From assembly GCA_038087875.1 (NCBI GenBank), contig JAXLNO010000079.1:434001-498000 (forward strand): DNA of 64,000 bases. The letters run 5' to 3'. Both the position numbers and the translations under genes were made by a program. Under the pieces are notes generated by a model. That model ran no database searches. It was not told where the DNA came from and worked only from the letters and a program-made list of their open reading frames with translations. Numbering within the stretch: the first letter of the stretch is position 1; every line of letters starts with the position of its first letter. Positions 12,265-24,232 of the stretch are shown in pieces. This DNA is from Malacoraja senta. Lineage: Eukaryota.

Positions 12265-14648
12265 TGGATAGAGAACTGGCTGCCAGGCAGACAGCAAGCA
12301 AAGAGTAGGAGTAAATGGGTCTTTTTCAGAATGGCAGGCAGTGACTAGTGGTTCTTGGTTTCTTGGTCCTCCAAAATATTCCAAATGGAATTTAAACTGG
12401 AGGTGGTGGAGGGAGGACTTAAGCCAGAAAGGGTTTTTGGGTAGAAAGAGCTACCTTAAATTTAGTTGCATCTGGTTGGGTAACTAAAGTAGGGTGGAGA
12501 TTATTCCATGCTTTAATTGTGCGGGGGAAGAATGAATTGCTGTACACATCTGTCTTGGTAGCTGGAATCACAAATTGGATCGAATGCCCTCGTCTGCTCC
12601 TAGTTGGTTTGGGTTTGGTGTAGGTCTTGTAATCTATGTCGAGCTGACCATTTAACATTTTGTAAAAACAGGTCAAACGGTGAGCTTCACGTCTGTCTTG
12701 GAGAGGGTTCCACCCCAGAGAATTCAGAAGTTTGGTAACACTCTCATAGGTGTTAGAAACAAATCGAGCTGCCTGTCTTTGGACACGTTCGATGGAAGAA
12801 ATGTTTTTATTTGTGTATGGGTCCCATGCTGCAACTGCGTAGTCCAAATGAGGTCTAACGAGGGTGAAGTATAGCTTCTCCTTGACAGAAGTTGAACAAT
12901 GATGAAAGTTGCGCCTCAGAAAATTTAGGACACCTGTTGCTTTCACCGTTGCATGATGAGTCTGACCATTCCAACGCAGATCATTCTGCAATTTGATGCC
13001 AAGATACTTGGTTTGTTTGGATTCTTCAAGGATGGTACCAAGTATATTGTACGATGTTTCGCCTGGATTCCTCTTTCTGGTGACACGCATGGTTTCACAT
13101 TTGGAAGGGTTGAACTGCATGCCCCATTGGTGTGACCACTCAACCATTGTATCGAGGTCCTTTTGGAGAGCACCTTCATCATCAGCTGACTGAATTGGAC
13201 GGTACAGCAAACAATCATCAGCGAATAGTCTGGTCGTGCTTGCGATTTTTTCATGGATGTCGTTTATGTAAAGCAAAAACAGATGTGGGCCAAGTACTGT
13301 GCCATGCGGTGTACCACTCAACACTGGATGCCAATTGGAGCTCTTTCCGTTCACACACACACGCTGAAGACGTTTTGTCAGGAAACTGGAAATCCATCGT
13401 TTCGTGTTGGAACGATTACCATAGAAGTCAAGCTTCCGAAGCAGTCTCTGGTGTGGGATGACATCAAATGCTTTAGAAAAGTCCAGCACTACTAAATCCG
13501 TGATGACTTTACCATCAATATGTTTGGCCAGGTCATTTGTCGTCAGGATAAGCTGAGACTCACATGATCTATGCCTCCTAAATGCATGTTGGTTGTCAGC
13601 AAGAATATTATGTTTGCTCACGTGTCGCATCAGATTACTATCAATTACATGCTCCAGTAATTTGCAGCAAGTTCTTGTTAATGAAACAGGACGATAATTC
13701 GCTGGGGTACCGCAAGGCTCAGTGCTGGGACCCCAGCTATTTACAATATATATTAATGATCTGGATGAGGGAATTGATTGCAACATCTCCAAGTTTGCGG
13801 ATGACACGAAGCTGGGGGGCAGTGTTAGCTGTGCGGAGGGTGCTAGGAGGCTGCAGGGTGACTTGGATAGGCTGGGTGAGTGGGCAAATGCATGGCAGAT
13901 GCAGTATAATGTGGATAAATGTGAGGTTATCCACTTTGGTGGCAAAAACAGGAAAGTAGACTATTATCTGAATGGTGGCCGATTAGGAAAAGGGGAGATG
14001 CAACGAGACCTGGGTGTCATGGTACACCAGTCATTGAAAGTAGGCATGCAGGTGCAGCAGGCAGTGAAGAAAGTGAATGGTATGTTAGCATTCATAGCAA
14101 AAGGGTTTGAGTATAAGAGCAGGGAGGTTCTACTGCAGTTGTACAGGGTCTTGGTGAGACCATACCTGGAGTATTGCGTACAGTTTTGGTCTCCTAATCT
14201 GAGGAAAGACATTCTTGTCATAGAAGGAGTACAGAGAAGGTTCACCGGACTGATTCCTGGGATGGCAGGACTTTCATATGAAGAAAGACTGGATAGACTC
14301 GGCTTGTACTCGTTAGAATTTAGAAGATTGAGGGGGGATCTTATAGAAACTTACAAAATTCTTAAGTGGTTGGACAGGCTAGATGCAGGAAGATTATTCC
14401 CGATGTTGGGGAAGTCCAGAACAAGGGATCACAGTTTAAGGATAAGGGGGAAGTCTTTTAGGACTGAGATGAGAAAATCATTTTTTACTATATTTAAGAG
14501 GGAGTTAGATGTGGCCCTTGTGGCTAAAGGGATCAGGGGGTATGGAGAGAGGCAGGTACAGGATACTGAGTTGGATGATCAACCATGATCATATTGAATG
14601 GCTCGAAGGGCCGAATGGCCTACTCCTGTACCTATTTTCTATGTTTAT
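12265..14648 (+). mobile_element. CR1 subfamily A 3' fragment inserted in the DIRS YR gene, itself split at 12351/13703
   Basis: The CR1 sequence gtgactagtgg resumes as tggggtaccgcaagg. ORF 13722-14588 encodes the RT C-terminal half. Tail at about 14640. Confidence 0.92.
12352..13702 (-). mobile_element. Divergent, invertebrate-like CR1-clade LINE, 5'-truncated
   Basis: About 430 uninterrupted codons ([38 protein letters not shown]), an (aaccaag)n tail, and a TGG duplication at the junctions. Confidence 0.9.
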
Positions 14649-15693
14649 ATAAGCTGTAACTGGACAGGATGATTACATCTGCAGGCAAAATAAAATTTTA
14701 TGTTTGTGACTTAGTCAAGCAGAGTAGACCAGGGGCATCAGGTCTCAAACTAGATTTGTTGGCATATCCCATGGACTTTTGGTTGTGTGTGGTCACATCT
14801 ACACCAGTATGTTAAGGTCACTAAGAGCCTTAGAGACTCTGAACTAGCAATGTTTGTTAGTTACATAAAGCCTCATAAGTAGGTATCAGTACAGACCATC
14901 TCCAGGTGGTTAAAACGGGTTCTGGCTTACACAGGAGTGAACACTGACATTTTCAAGTCTCACTCCACCAGGGCTGCAACAACATTAGCAGCAGGGTTAT
15001 GGACGTTTTGCTGGACCACATCCTAGTGGCTGCAGGATGGTCAAACGAACGATCTTTCCAAACATTTTAGAATTAACCCATTGCCAGACCGGGGGTGTTT
15101 GCCAACTCTATTTTAGGTTCTGTTTTATAGTTTCCTCCCGGTTGAGGGAGGTTACTATTATCATTATTTGTTCATTAAAAAGCATCAATATGTCTATATC
15201 TATGTCATGTCTGAATGCATTATTAATGTTCACTCATCCTTGGTCAACTGATGCAGTGTGTGACACATGGACTCATTTCCACGGCATGAAATCACAGAGC
15301 TTTGAAATCTTCACGTAGTCACTCACGTGACTCCGAAGTAAAATAGTAAGATTAAACGAGAACTTACCAGTTTGAAGTTTGATCTTTATTTTATGAGGAG
15401 TTACGTTGAGGGATAACGTGCCCTCCACTCCCAACCCTCTATCATAAAGGTCAGCTAGTATTCTAGTTTCTCTAATCTTACTATATTCAGTTCAACAACT
15501 GTTATCTGTGATTTCACACCGCTGCTTTGAAGATTGACGCGCATGCGGGCTGGCGGGTTCTTCACGTAATCCCTCAACGTAACTCCTCATAAAATAAAGA
15601 TCACACTTCGAACTGGTAAGTTCTTGTTTAATCTTACTATTATAGGATGTTCCTGGGTCTATTTCCTTCAGCACTCTTTGTCTCCCTCTGCAG

Positions 15694-15759
15694 GTCAATG
15701 GCCAACTCACACTTGGAGAAAACATCGCTGACATGGGAGGCCTTAAGCTTGCCTACTAT
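15694..15759 (+). CDS. ECEL1: ECEL1-like exon (66 bp) carrying the GENIAD zinc-ligand motif
   Basis: Bounded by ctccctctgcag and gtaagt. Translates VNGQLTLGENIADMGGLKLAYY; ENIADMGG is the ECEL1-type variant of the M13 ExxxD motif. In frame with the previous exon. Confidence 0.95.
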
Positions 15760-15845
15760 GTAAGTACAGTTGCAGTCTCTGTACAAAGTGGTCATTTTGT
15801 TAAATGTGTAAACCCAAGCCAACAGCCTTCTGCTTTGCACCCCAG

Positions 15846-15941
15846 GCTTATCAGAAATGGATTCGAGATCATGGTCCTGAACGCCCTCTTCCAGGCCTTA
15901 AATACAATCACAACCAACTTCTCTTTATTGCATTTGCTCAG
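15846..15941 (+). CDS. ECEL1: ECEL1-like exon (96 bp)
   Basis: Bounded by gcaccccag and gtaaaa, after an 86 bp intron. Translates [32 protein letters not shown]. Confidence 0.95.
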
Positions 15942-17560
15942 GTAAAAGAAAAGGTTATTTTTGTTGAATGAATGAAAATGCCTTGAGGATGAAAAGCATT
16001 GCTAAGAAATTGTTTACATCTCTATGGATTAATAGAATCATGTCCGAATTGTTCTGAGTGAATCAATAAAAATAATTTTAGGGGATTCAAGAGGAGCATT
16101 TTCAAAAAGTTCAGAAGGTTACTTATAATATGAATTGATCTGGTCCATTCATCAGGCAAGGCTAGGTAAGTCATATCCCATTGTATTCAAGTGAACACAC
16201 TTGGGGAATTGTGGAAATCTTTATGCAAAAAGTACCATTTGAATTTAGAAACACTGTAGGTGCTAGTTTAGTAAAAAGGACACAAAGTGCTGGAGTAATT
16301 CAGTGGGTCAGACAGCATCTCTGGAGAACATGGATAGTTGATGTTTAGGGTTGGGATCCTTCTTCATGCTCTGCCTGACCTGCTGAGTTATCATTTGAAT
16401 TTATCTTGTCTGTGTTGGGTAAAAAAGGAGGCATTCAGCTTAATCTCACTTTATAGCCTCTGTACCATCATATATTCCCAGGGTCGTGCACATGATGGGA
16501 CTGCACCTCACGCCCCATAACCATCACAGTTAATATGGAGAAAATGAGGTGATCTAATGCACAATCATTTAAAAGATACATCGCTTACCCTCCAGAACAG
16601 TGTGTTTAAAGTTGTGTATGCACCTCAGTACCTGTTAACTATGGTTCTGCATCCACAACCTCAGACAGTGGGTCCAGGCTATCACCAATAACCAGATGCT
16701 AGAATTACTAGAGAATGTCCATCTAATCATTCCCGCATCATCATCGTCATAGTGTCATACAATGTGGAAACAGGCCCATCGGCCCAACTTACCCACACCG
16801 ACCAACATGTCCCATTTACACTGATTCCAACTGCCTGCATTTGGCCATATCTCTCTAAATCCATCCTATCCATGTACCTGTCTAAAATTGTTTTTTTCAA
16901 TCTATTCTGCACCCTTTCCAGTTTAACATCATCTTTCCAATAATAGTGGAGGTCGGTGCTGTGGGCCGCTACACTTCACGTTGTATATTAATGATTTGGA
17001 CGAGAGGATAGAAGGCTTTGTGGCAAAGTTTGTGGATGATATGAAAATAGGTGGAGGGGTAGGTAGTGTAGAGAAAGCAGGGACTCTGCAGAAGGACTTG
17101 GACAGGATGGGAGAGTGGGCAGAGAAGTGGCAGATGGAATATAGTGTAGCAAATTGTGGACTCATGCATTTTGGTAGTAGGAATAAAAGCGTAGATTATT
17201 TTCTAAATGGGGAGAGAATCCAAAAACAGAGGTGTGAACGGATGTGGGACTGCCATTGCTGGATTCCCAAAAAGTTACTCTGCAAGTCAAATTGGTAGTA
17301 AAGAAAGCAAACTCAATGCTAGCATTTATTTCAAGAGGGTTTGTATACAAAAACAGGGATGTAATGTTGAGGCTCTATAAGGCACTGGTAAGGTCACATT
17401 TGGAATATTGTGAGCAATTTTTGGCTCCATATCTGAGGATGGATGTGCTGGCTCTGGAGGGTCCAGAGGAGGTTTACAAGAATGTTCAAGTTCAAGGGAG
17501 TTTATTGTCATGTGTCATAGGACAATGAAATTCTTGCTTTGCTTCAGCACAACAGAACAT

Positions 17561-18170
17561 AATAATAATAATAATAATACATTTTATTTATGGGCGCCTT
17601 TCAAAAATCTCAAGGACACCTTACAAAGTTTAACAAATAGTAGAAACATGTAAGCAGAATGAAATAAATAGTAAATACAACACGAGTACACAAATTAAAG
17701 AGAGAATTCAATCCAAAAACAAAAATCAAAAACACAATATGGAAGAGAGAGCAGCGGCTGCTAAAGCGCGCCAGTGTCCACTCTCCCGTCCGGCAGCCAT
17801 CTTGGACATAAAATAAAATATCATTTACACACAAAAATCATCCCCCCACAATGATTACCACTGTGGGGGAAGGCACAATGTCCAGTCCCCAACCCCAGTT
17901 CACCCAAAGTCAGGCCTATCGAGGCCTCCACAGTTGCCTCTACGGAGGCCCGATGTTCCTGGCCGTTCTCACCGGGTGTTGTTGCCCCGACGTCGGGAGA
18001 GTCCTCGCAGCGGCTGGGCCACCTGGAGCGGCAGGTTTCCTACCGGAGTCCGTGGCACCTGAAGCCAACAAGGCCGTGCCGATTTGGAGCTCCGAGCTCC
18101 CGATGTTAGGGTTGGCGCCGCCGCCCGTGGCTGGCTGCTCCGCAGTCCCGCAGCCCGGAGGTGTTGAGCA
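17561..18170 (-). mobile_element. GC-rich retroposon (hairpin family, copy 2), composite with an L2-like (tat)n-tailed 3' end
   Basis: Hairpin at 17839-17875. On - it ends taaggtgtccttgag..aaaggcgcccataaataaaatgtattattatt. It interrupts the Rex1 3' UTR. Confidence 0.7.
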
Positions 18171-19758
18171 TAGAAGGCATTGACTACAAAACAGATCAGT
18201 GTGTCCATATATCATTATATAAATATATACACACATGAATAAATAAACTGATAAAGTACAAATAACAGATAATGGGCTATTAATGTTCATAGTTTTGTCC
18301 GAGCCAGGTTTAATAGACTGATGGCTGTGGGGAAGTAGCTATTCCTGAACCTGGTCGTTGCAGTCTTCAGGCTCCTGTACCTTCTACTTGAAGGTAGCAG
18401 GGAGATGAGTGTGTGGCCAGGATGGTGTGGGTCCTTGATAATACTGTCAGCCTTCTTGAGGCAGCGACTGTGATAGATCCCCTCGATGGAAGGGAGGTCA
18501 GAGCCGATGATGGACTGGGCAGTGTTTACTACTCTTTGTAGTCTTTTCCTCTCCAGGGCGCTCAAGTTGCCAAACCAAGCCACGATGCAACTGGTCAGCA
18601 TGCTCTCTACTGTGCACCTCTAGAAGTTAGAGAGAGTCCTCCTTGGAAGTTAGTGTAGAAATAGCAGGGGCTATGACAGAAATATTTCAAATGTCATTAG
18701 AAACGGGAATAGTGCCGGAGGATTGGCGTACTGCGCAGGTTGTTCCGTTGTTTAAAAAGGGTTCTAAGAGTAAACCTAGCAATTATAGACCTGTTAGTTT
18801 GACGTCAGTGGTGGGCAAATTAATGGAAAGGATACTTAGAGACAATATATATATAAGCATCTGGATAAGCAGGGTCTGATTAGGAACAGTGGATTTGTGC
18901 CTGGAAGGTCATGTTTGACTAATCTTCTTGAATTTTTCGAAGAGGTTACTAGGGAAATTGATGAGGGTAAAGCAGTGGATGTTGTCTATATGGACTTCAG
19001 TAAGGCCTTTGACAAGGTTCCTCATGGAAGGTTGGTTAAGAACATTCAATTGTTGGGTATTAATGGTGGAGTAGCAAGATGGATTCAACAGTGGCTGAAT
19101 GGGAGATGCCAGAGAGTAGTGGTGGATGGCTGTTTGTCAGGTTGGAGGCCGGTGACTAGTGGGGTGCCTCAGGGGTCTGTGTTGGGTCCATTGTTGTTTG
19201 TCATGTACATCAATGATCTGGATGATGGTGTGGAAAATTGGATTAGTAAGTATGCAGATGATACTAAGATAGGTGGTGTTGTGGATAATGAAGTGGATGT
19301 GGATAAAGTCTACAGAGAGATTTAGACCATTTGGAAGAGTGGGCTGAAAGATGGCAGATGGAGTTTAATGCTGATAAATGTGAGGTGCTACATCTCGGCA
19401 GGACAAATCAAAATAGGACGTACATGGTAAATGGTAGCGAATTGAGGAATGCAGTTGAACAGAGGGATCTAGGAATAACTGTGCATAGTTCCCTGAAGGT
19501 GGAATCTCATTTAGATAGGGTGGTAAAGAAAGCTTTTGGTGTGCTGGCCTTTATAAATCAGAGCATTGAATATAGAAGTTGGGATGTAATGTTAAAATTG
19601 TACAAGGCATTGGTGAGGCCAATTCTGGAGTATGGAGTACAATTTTGGTCGCCTAATTATAGGAAGGATGTCAACAAAATAGAGAGAGTACAGAGGAGAT
19701 TTACTAGAATGTTGCTTGGGTTTCAGCAACTAAGTTACAGAGAAAGGTTGAACAAGTT

Positions 19759-22700
19759 CGGGGGGACTGTTCGCGGGGGCAGCCTACCTGGGGGTAGCGA
19801 CAGCGGCCGGGCCTCCGGTATAGAGACCGGCCCTGTTGCTCAGAAGGGTAAGGAAAAGAAGAGGAGGGCAATACTAATAGGGGACTCTATAGTTAGGGGG
19901 TCAGACAGGCGATTCTGTGGACGCAGTCGGGAGACCCGGATGGTAGTTTGCCTCCCTGGTGCCAGGGTCTGTGATGTGACTCAACGTGTCCAAGATATCC
20001 TGAAAGGGCAGGGAGAGGAGCCCGAGGTCGTGGTACATATAGGTACCAATGACATAGGTAAAAAAAGAGAAGAGGTCCTGAAAGGAGAATTTAGGGAGTT
20101 AGGAGGGGAGTTAAAGAGAAGGACAGCAAAGGTAACAATCTCGGGATTACTGCCTGTGCCACGCGACAGTGAGAGTAGGAATGGAGCGAGGTGGAGGATA
20201 AATGCGTGGCTGAAGGACTGGTGCAGCAGGCAGGGATTCAAATTTCTGGATCATTGGGACCTCTTTTGTGGAAGGTTCGACCTGTACAAAAAGGATGGGT
20301 TGCACTTGAACCTGAGGGGGACCGATATCCTGGCGGGGAGATCTGCAAAGGCTACTGGGGAGACTTTAAACTAGAATGGTTGGGGGGAGGTACTCAAATA
20401 GAGAATGCTATTAGACAGTGTGTGAGGCAGGAGGCAGAGAAGGAAAGCACTCAGACCCAACATGTAGGGGGGAAAGAAGAAAACAATAATAAACAGAGAA
20501 TAAGAGGTGGTGGGGTTCTTAAATGGGTGAGCAGAGAAACAGAGGGGTGTAAAATGCGGGCGGAAGCAATAGGTAGCAAGGTGAAAAGTAAAAGTGGCAG
20601 GCAGACAAATCCAGGGCAAAAATCAAAAAGGGCCACTTTTCAACATAATTGTATAAGGGGTAAGAGCGTTGTAAAAACAAGCCTGAAGGCTTTGTGTCTC
20701 AATGCAAGGAGCATTCGTAATAAGGTGGATGAGTTGAACGTGCAGATAGCAATTAATGATTATGATATAGTTGGGATCACGGAGACATGGCTCCAGGGTG
20801 ACCAAGGCTGGGAACTGAACATCCAGGGATATTCAATATCCAGGAGGGATAGAGAGAAAGGAAAAGTAGGTGGGGTAGCGTTGCTGGTTAGAGAGGAGAT
20901 TAACGCAGTGGAAAGGAAGGACATTAGCTTGGAGGATGTGGAATCGGTATGGGTAGAGCTGCGAAACACTAAGGGGCAGAAAACGCTGGTGGGTGTTGTG
21001 TACAGGCCACCTAGCAGTAGTAGTGAAGTTGGGGATGGCATCAAACAGGAAATTAGAAATGCGTGCAACAAAGGCAAAACAGCTATAATGGGTGACTTCA
21101 ATCTACATATAGATTGGGTGAATCAAATTGGCAGGGGTGCTGAGGAAGAGGATTTCTTGGAATGTATGCGGGATAGTTATCTAAACCAACATGTAGAGGA
21201 ACCAACGAGAGAGCAGGCTATTCTAGACTGGGTATTGAGTAATGAGGAAGGGTTAGTTAGCAGTCTTGTTGTGCGTGCCCCCTTGGGCAAGAGTGACCAT
21301 AATATGGTTGAGTTCTTCATTAGGATGGAGAGTGACATTGTTAATTCAGAAACAACGGTTCTGAACTTAAAGAAAGGTAACTTTGAGGGTATGAGACGTG
21401 AATTGGCCAAGATTGACTGGCAATTAGTTCTAAAAGGGTTGACAGTGGATATGCAATGGAAGGCATTTAAAGACTGCATGGATGAACTACAAAAATTGTT
21501 CATCCCAGTTTGGCAAAAGAATAAATCAGGGAAGGTAGTGCATCCGTGGATAACAAGGGAAATCAGGGATAGTATCAAAGCAAAAGCTGATGCGTACAAA
21601 TTAGCCAGAAAAAGCAGCATACCAGAGGACTGGGAGAAATTCAGAGACCAGCAGAGGAGGACAAAGGGCTTAATTAGGAAAGGGAAAATAGATTATGAAA
21701 GGAAACTGGCAGGGAACATAAAAACTGACTGTAAAAGTTTTTATAGATATGTGAAGAGAAAGAGATTAGTTAAAACAAATGTAGGTCCCTTGCAGTCAGA
21801 AACAGGTGAATTGATCATGGGGAACAAGGATATGGCGGACTAATTGAATAACTACTTTGGTTCCGTCTTCACTAAGGAAGATATAAATAATCTGCCGGAA
21901 ATAGCAGGGGGCCGTGGGTCAAAGGAGATGGAGGAACTGAGTGAAATCCAGGTTAGTTGGGAAGTGGTGTTGGGTAAATTGAATGGATTAAAGGCCGATA
22001 AATCACCAGGGCCAGATAGGATGCATCCCAGAGTACTTAAGGAAGTAGCTCCAGAAATAGTGGATGCATTAGTGATAATTTTTCAAAACTCTTTAGATTC
22101 TGGAGTAGTTCCTGAGGATTGGAGGGTAGCAAACATAATCCCACTTTTTAAGAAGGGAGGGAGAGAGAAAACGGGGAATTACAGACCAGTTAGTCTAACA
22201 TCGGTAGTGGGGAAACTGCTAGAGTCAGTTATTAAAGATGGGATAGCTGCACATTTGGAAAGTGGTGAAATCATTGGACAAAGTCAGCATGGATTTACGA
22301 AAGGTAAATCGTGTCTGACGAATCTTATAGAATTTTTCGAGGATGTAACTAGTAGAGTGGATAGGGGAGAACCAGTGGATGTGTTGTATCTGGACTTTCA
22401 GAAGGCTTTCGACAAGGTACCACATAAGAGATTAGGATACAAACTTAAATCACACGGTATTGGGGGTTCAGTATTGATGTGGATAGAGAACTGGCTGGCA
22501 AACAGGAAGCAAAGAGTAGGAGTAAACGGGTCCTTTTCACAATGGCAGGCAGTGACTAGTGAGGTACCGCAAGGCTCAGTGCTGGGACCCCAGCTATTTA
22601 CAATTTATATTAATGATCTGGACGAGGGAATTGAAAGCAACATCTCCATGTTTGCGGATGACACTAAGCTGGGGGGCAGTGTTAGATACATAGATACATA

Positions 22701-24232
22701 GAAAATAGGTGCAGGAGTAGGCCATTCGGCCCTTCGAGCCTGCACCGCCATTCAATACGATCATGGCTGATCATCCAACTCAGTATCCCGTACCTGCCTT
22801 CTCTCCATACCCCCTGATCCCTTTAGCCACAAGGGCCACATCTAATTCCCTCTTAAATATAGCCAATGAACTGGCCTCAACTACCCTCTGTGGCAGAGTT
22901 CCAGAGATTCACCACTCTCTGTGTGAAAAAGTTTTTCCTCATCTCGGTCTTAAAGGATTTCCCCCTTATCCTTAAGCTGTGACCCCTTGTCCTGGACTTC
23001 CCCAACATCGGGAACAATCTTCCTGCATCTAGCCTGTCCAACCCCATAAGAATTTTGTGCGTTTCTATAAGATCCCCTCTCAATCTCCTAAATTCTAGCG
23101 AGTATAAGCCAAGTCTATCCAGTCTTTCTTCATATGAAAGTCCTGACATCCCAGGAATCAGTCTGGTGAACCTTCTCTGCACTCCCTCTATGGCTATAAT
23201 GTCCTTCCTCAGATTTGGAGACCAAAACTGTACGCAATACTCCAGGTGTGGTCTCACCAAGACCCTGTACAACTGCAGTAGAACCTCGCTGCTCCTATAC
23301 TCAAATCCTCTTGCTATGAAGGCCAACAGCTGTGAGGAGGATGCTAGGAGACTGCAAGGTGACTTGGATAGGCTGGGTGAGTGGGCAAATGTTTGGCAGA
23401 TGCAGTATAATGTGGATAAATGTGAGGTTATCCACTTTGGTGGCAAAAACGGGAAGGCAGACTATTATCTAAATGGTGGCCGATTAGGAAATGGGGAGGT
23501 GCAGCGAGACCTGGGTGTCATGGTACACCAGTCATTGAAAGTAGGCATGCAGGTGCAGCAGGCAGTGAAGAAAGCGAATGGTATGTTGGCCTTCATAGCA
23601 AGACGATTTGAGTATAGGAGCAGGGAGGTTCTACTGCAGTTGTACAGGGTCTTGGTGAGACCACACCTGGAGTATTGCGTACAGTTTTGGTCTCCAAATC
23701 TGAGGATGGACATTATAGCCATAGAGGGAGTGCAGAGAAGGTTCACCAGACTGATTCCTGGGATGTCAGGACTTTCATATGAAGAAAGACTGGATAGACT
23801 TGGCTTATACTCGCTAGAATTTAGGAGATTGAGAGGGGATCTTATAGAAACGTACAAAATTCTTGTGGGGTTGGACAGGCTAGATGCAGGAAGATTGTTC
23901 CCGATGTTGGGGTAGTCCAGGACAAGGGGTCACAGCTTAAGGATAAGGGGGAAATCCTTTAAGACCGAGATGAGGAAAAACTTTTTCACACAGAGAGTGG
24001 TGAATCTCTGGAACTCTCTGCCACAGAGGGTAGTTGAGGCCAGTTCATTGGCTATATTTAAGAGGGAGTTAGATGTGGCCCTTGTGGCTAAAGGGATCAG
24101 GGGGTATGGAGAGAAGGCAGGTACGGGATACTGAGTTGGATGATCAGCCATGATCATATTGAATGGCGGTGCAGGCTCGAAGGGCCGAATGGCCTACTCC
24201 TGCACCTATTTTCTATGTATCTATGTATCTAT
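19759..24232 (+). mobile_element. CR1 subfamily A, long copy with the ORF1 SGNH-esterase domain and ORF2 (APE + RT, premature stops)
   Basis: ORF1 part has LIGDSIVRG, PGARV, HIGTND and DGLHLN and ends at 20374. ORF2 has CLNARS, ITETWL, GDFN, SDH, then RT. (tatctatg)n tail. Confidence 0.95.
22686..23327 (-). mobile_element. CR1-A 3' fragment inserted antisense into CR1-A
   Basis: Host ggcagtgttag resumes as agctgtgaggagg. The insert is the reverse complement of the same family's last 640 bp or so. Confidence 0.92.

Larger units (their letters stand above)
8566..15641 (+). mobile_element. DIRS1-like tyrosine-recombinase retrotransposon; termini complete, ORFs decayed
   Basis: Left ITR about 8567-8627; right ITR plus extension about 15535-15641; ICR about 15309-15420 complementary to both ends. 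Residual RT (NGLTSAPRLFTKLL, about 10520), RNase H (LAVVYVNHMG), methyltransferase-like (PPFCLIRRVLQKI..PDWPIQPWF) and YR (MKGIFNSKPPRPRY..; SHSTRAA..AAGWS) motifs. ATT at both junctions. Confidence 0.93.

Noticed and set aside
13703..13945. First 80 aa of the 508 aa minus-strand ORF, and the recurring MPPKWITSHLS, MYVSIRSPLN and MGYRKAQC ORFs
   Set aside because: These are antisense or alternative frames of CR1 RT, repeated only because the element is repeated.
19331..20374. Apparent RT-esterase fusion protein (347 aa)
   Set aside because: CR1-A ORF1 happens to be inserted in frame into CR1-B ORF2 at the AAGTT junction.
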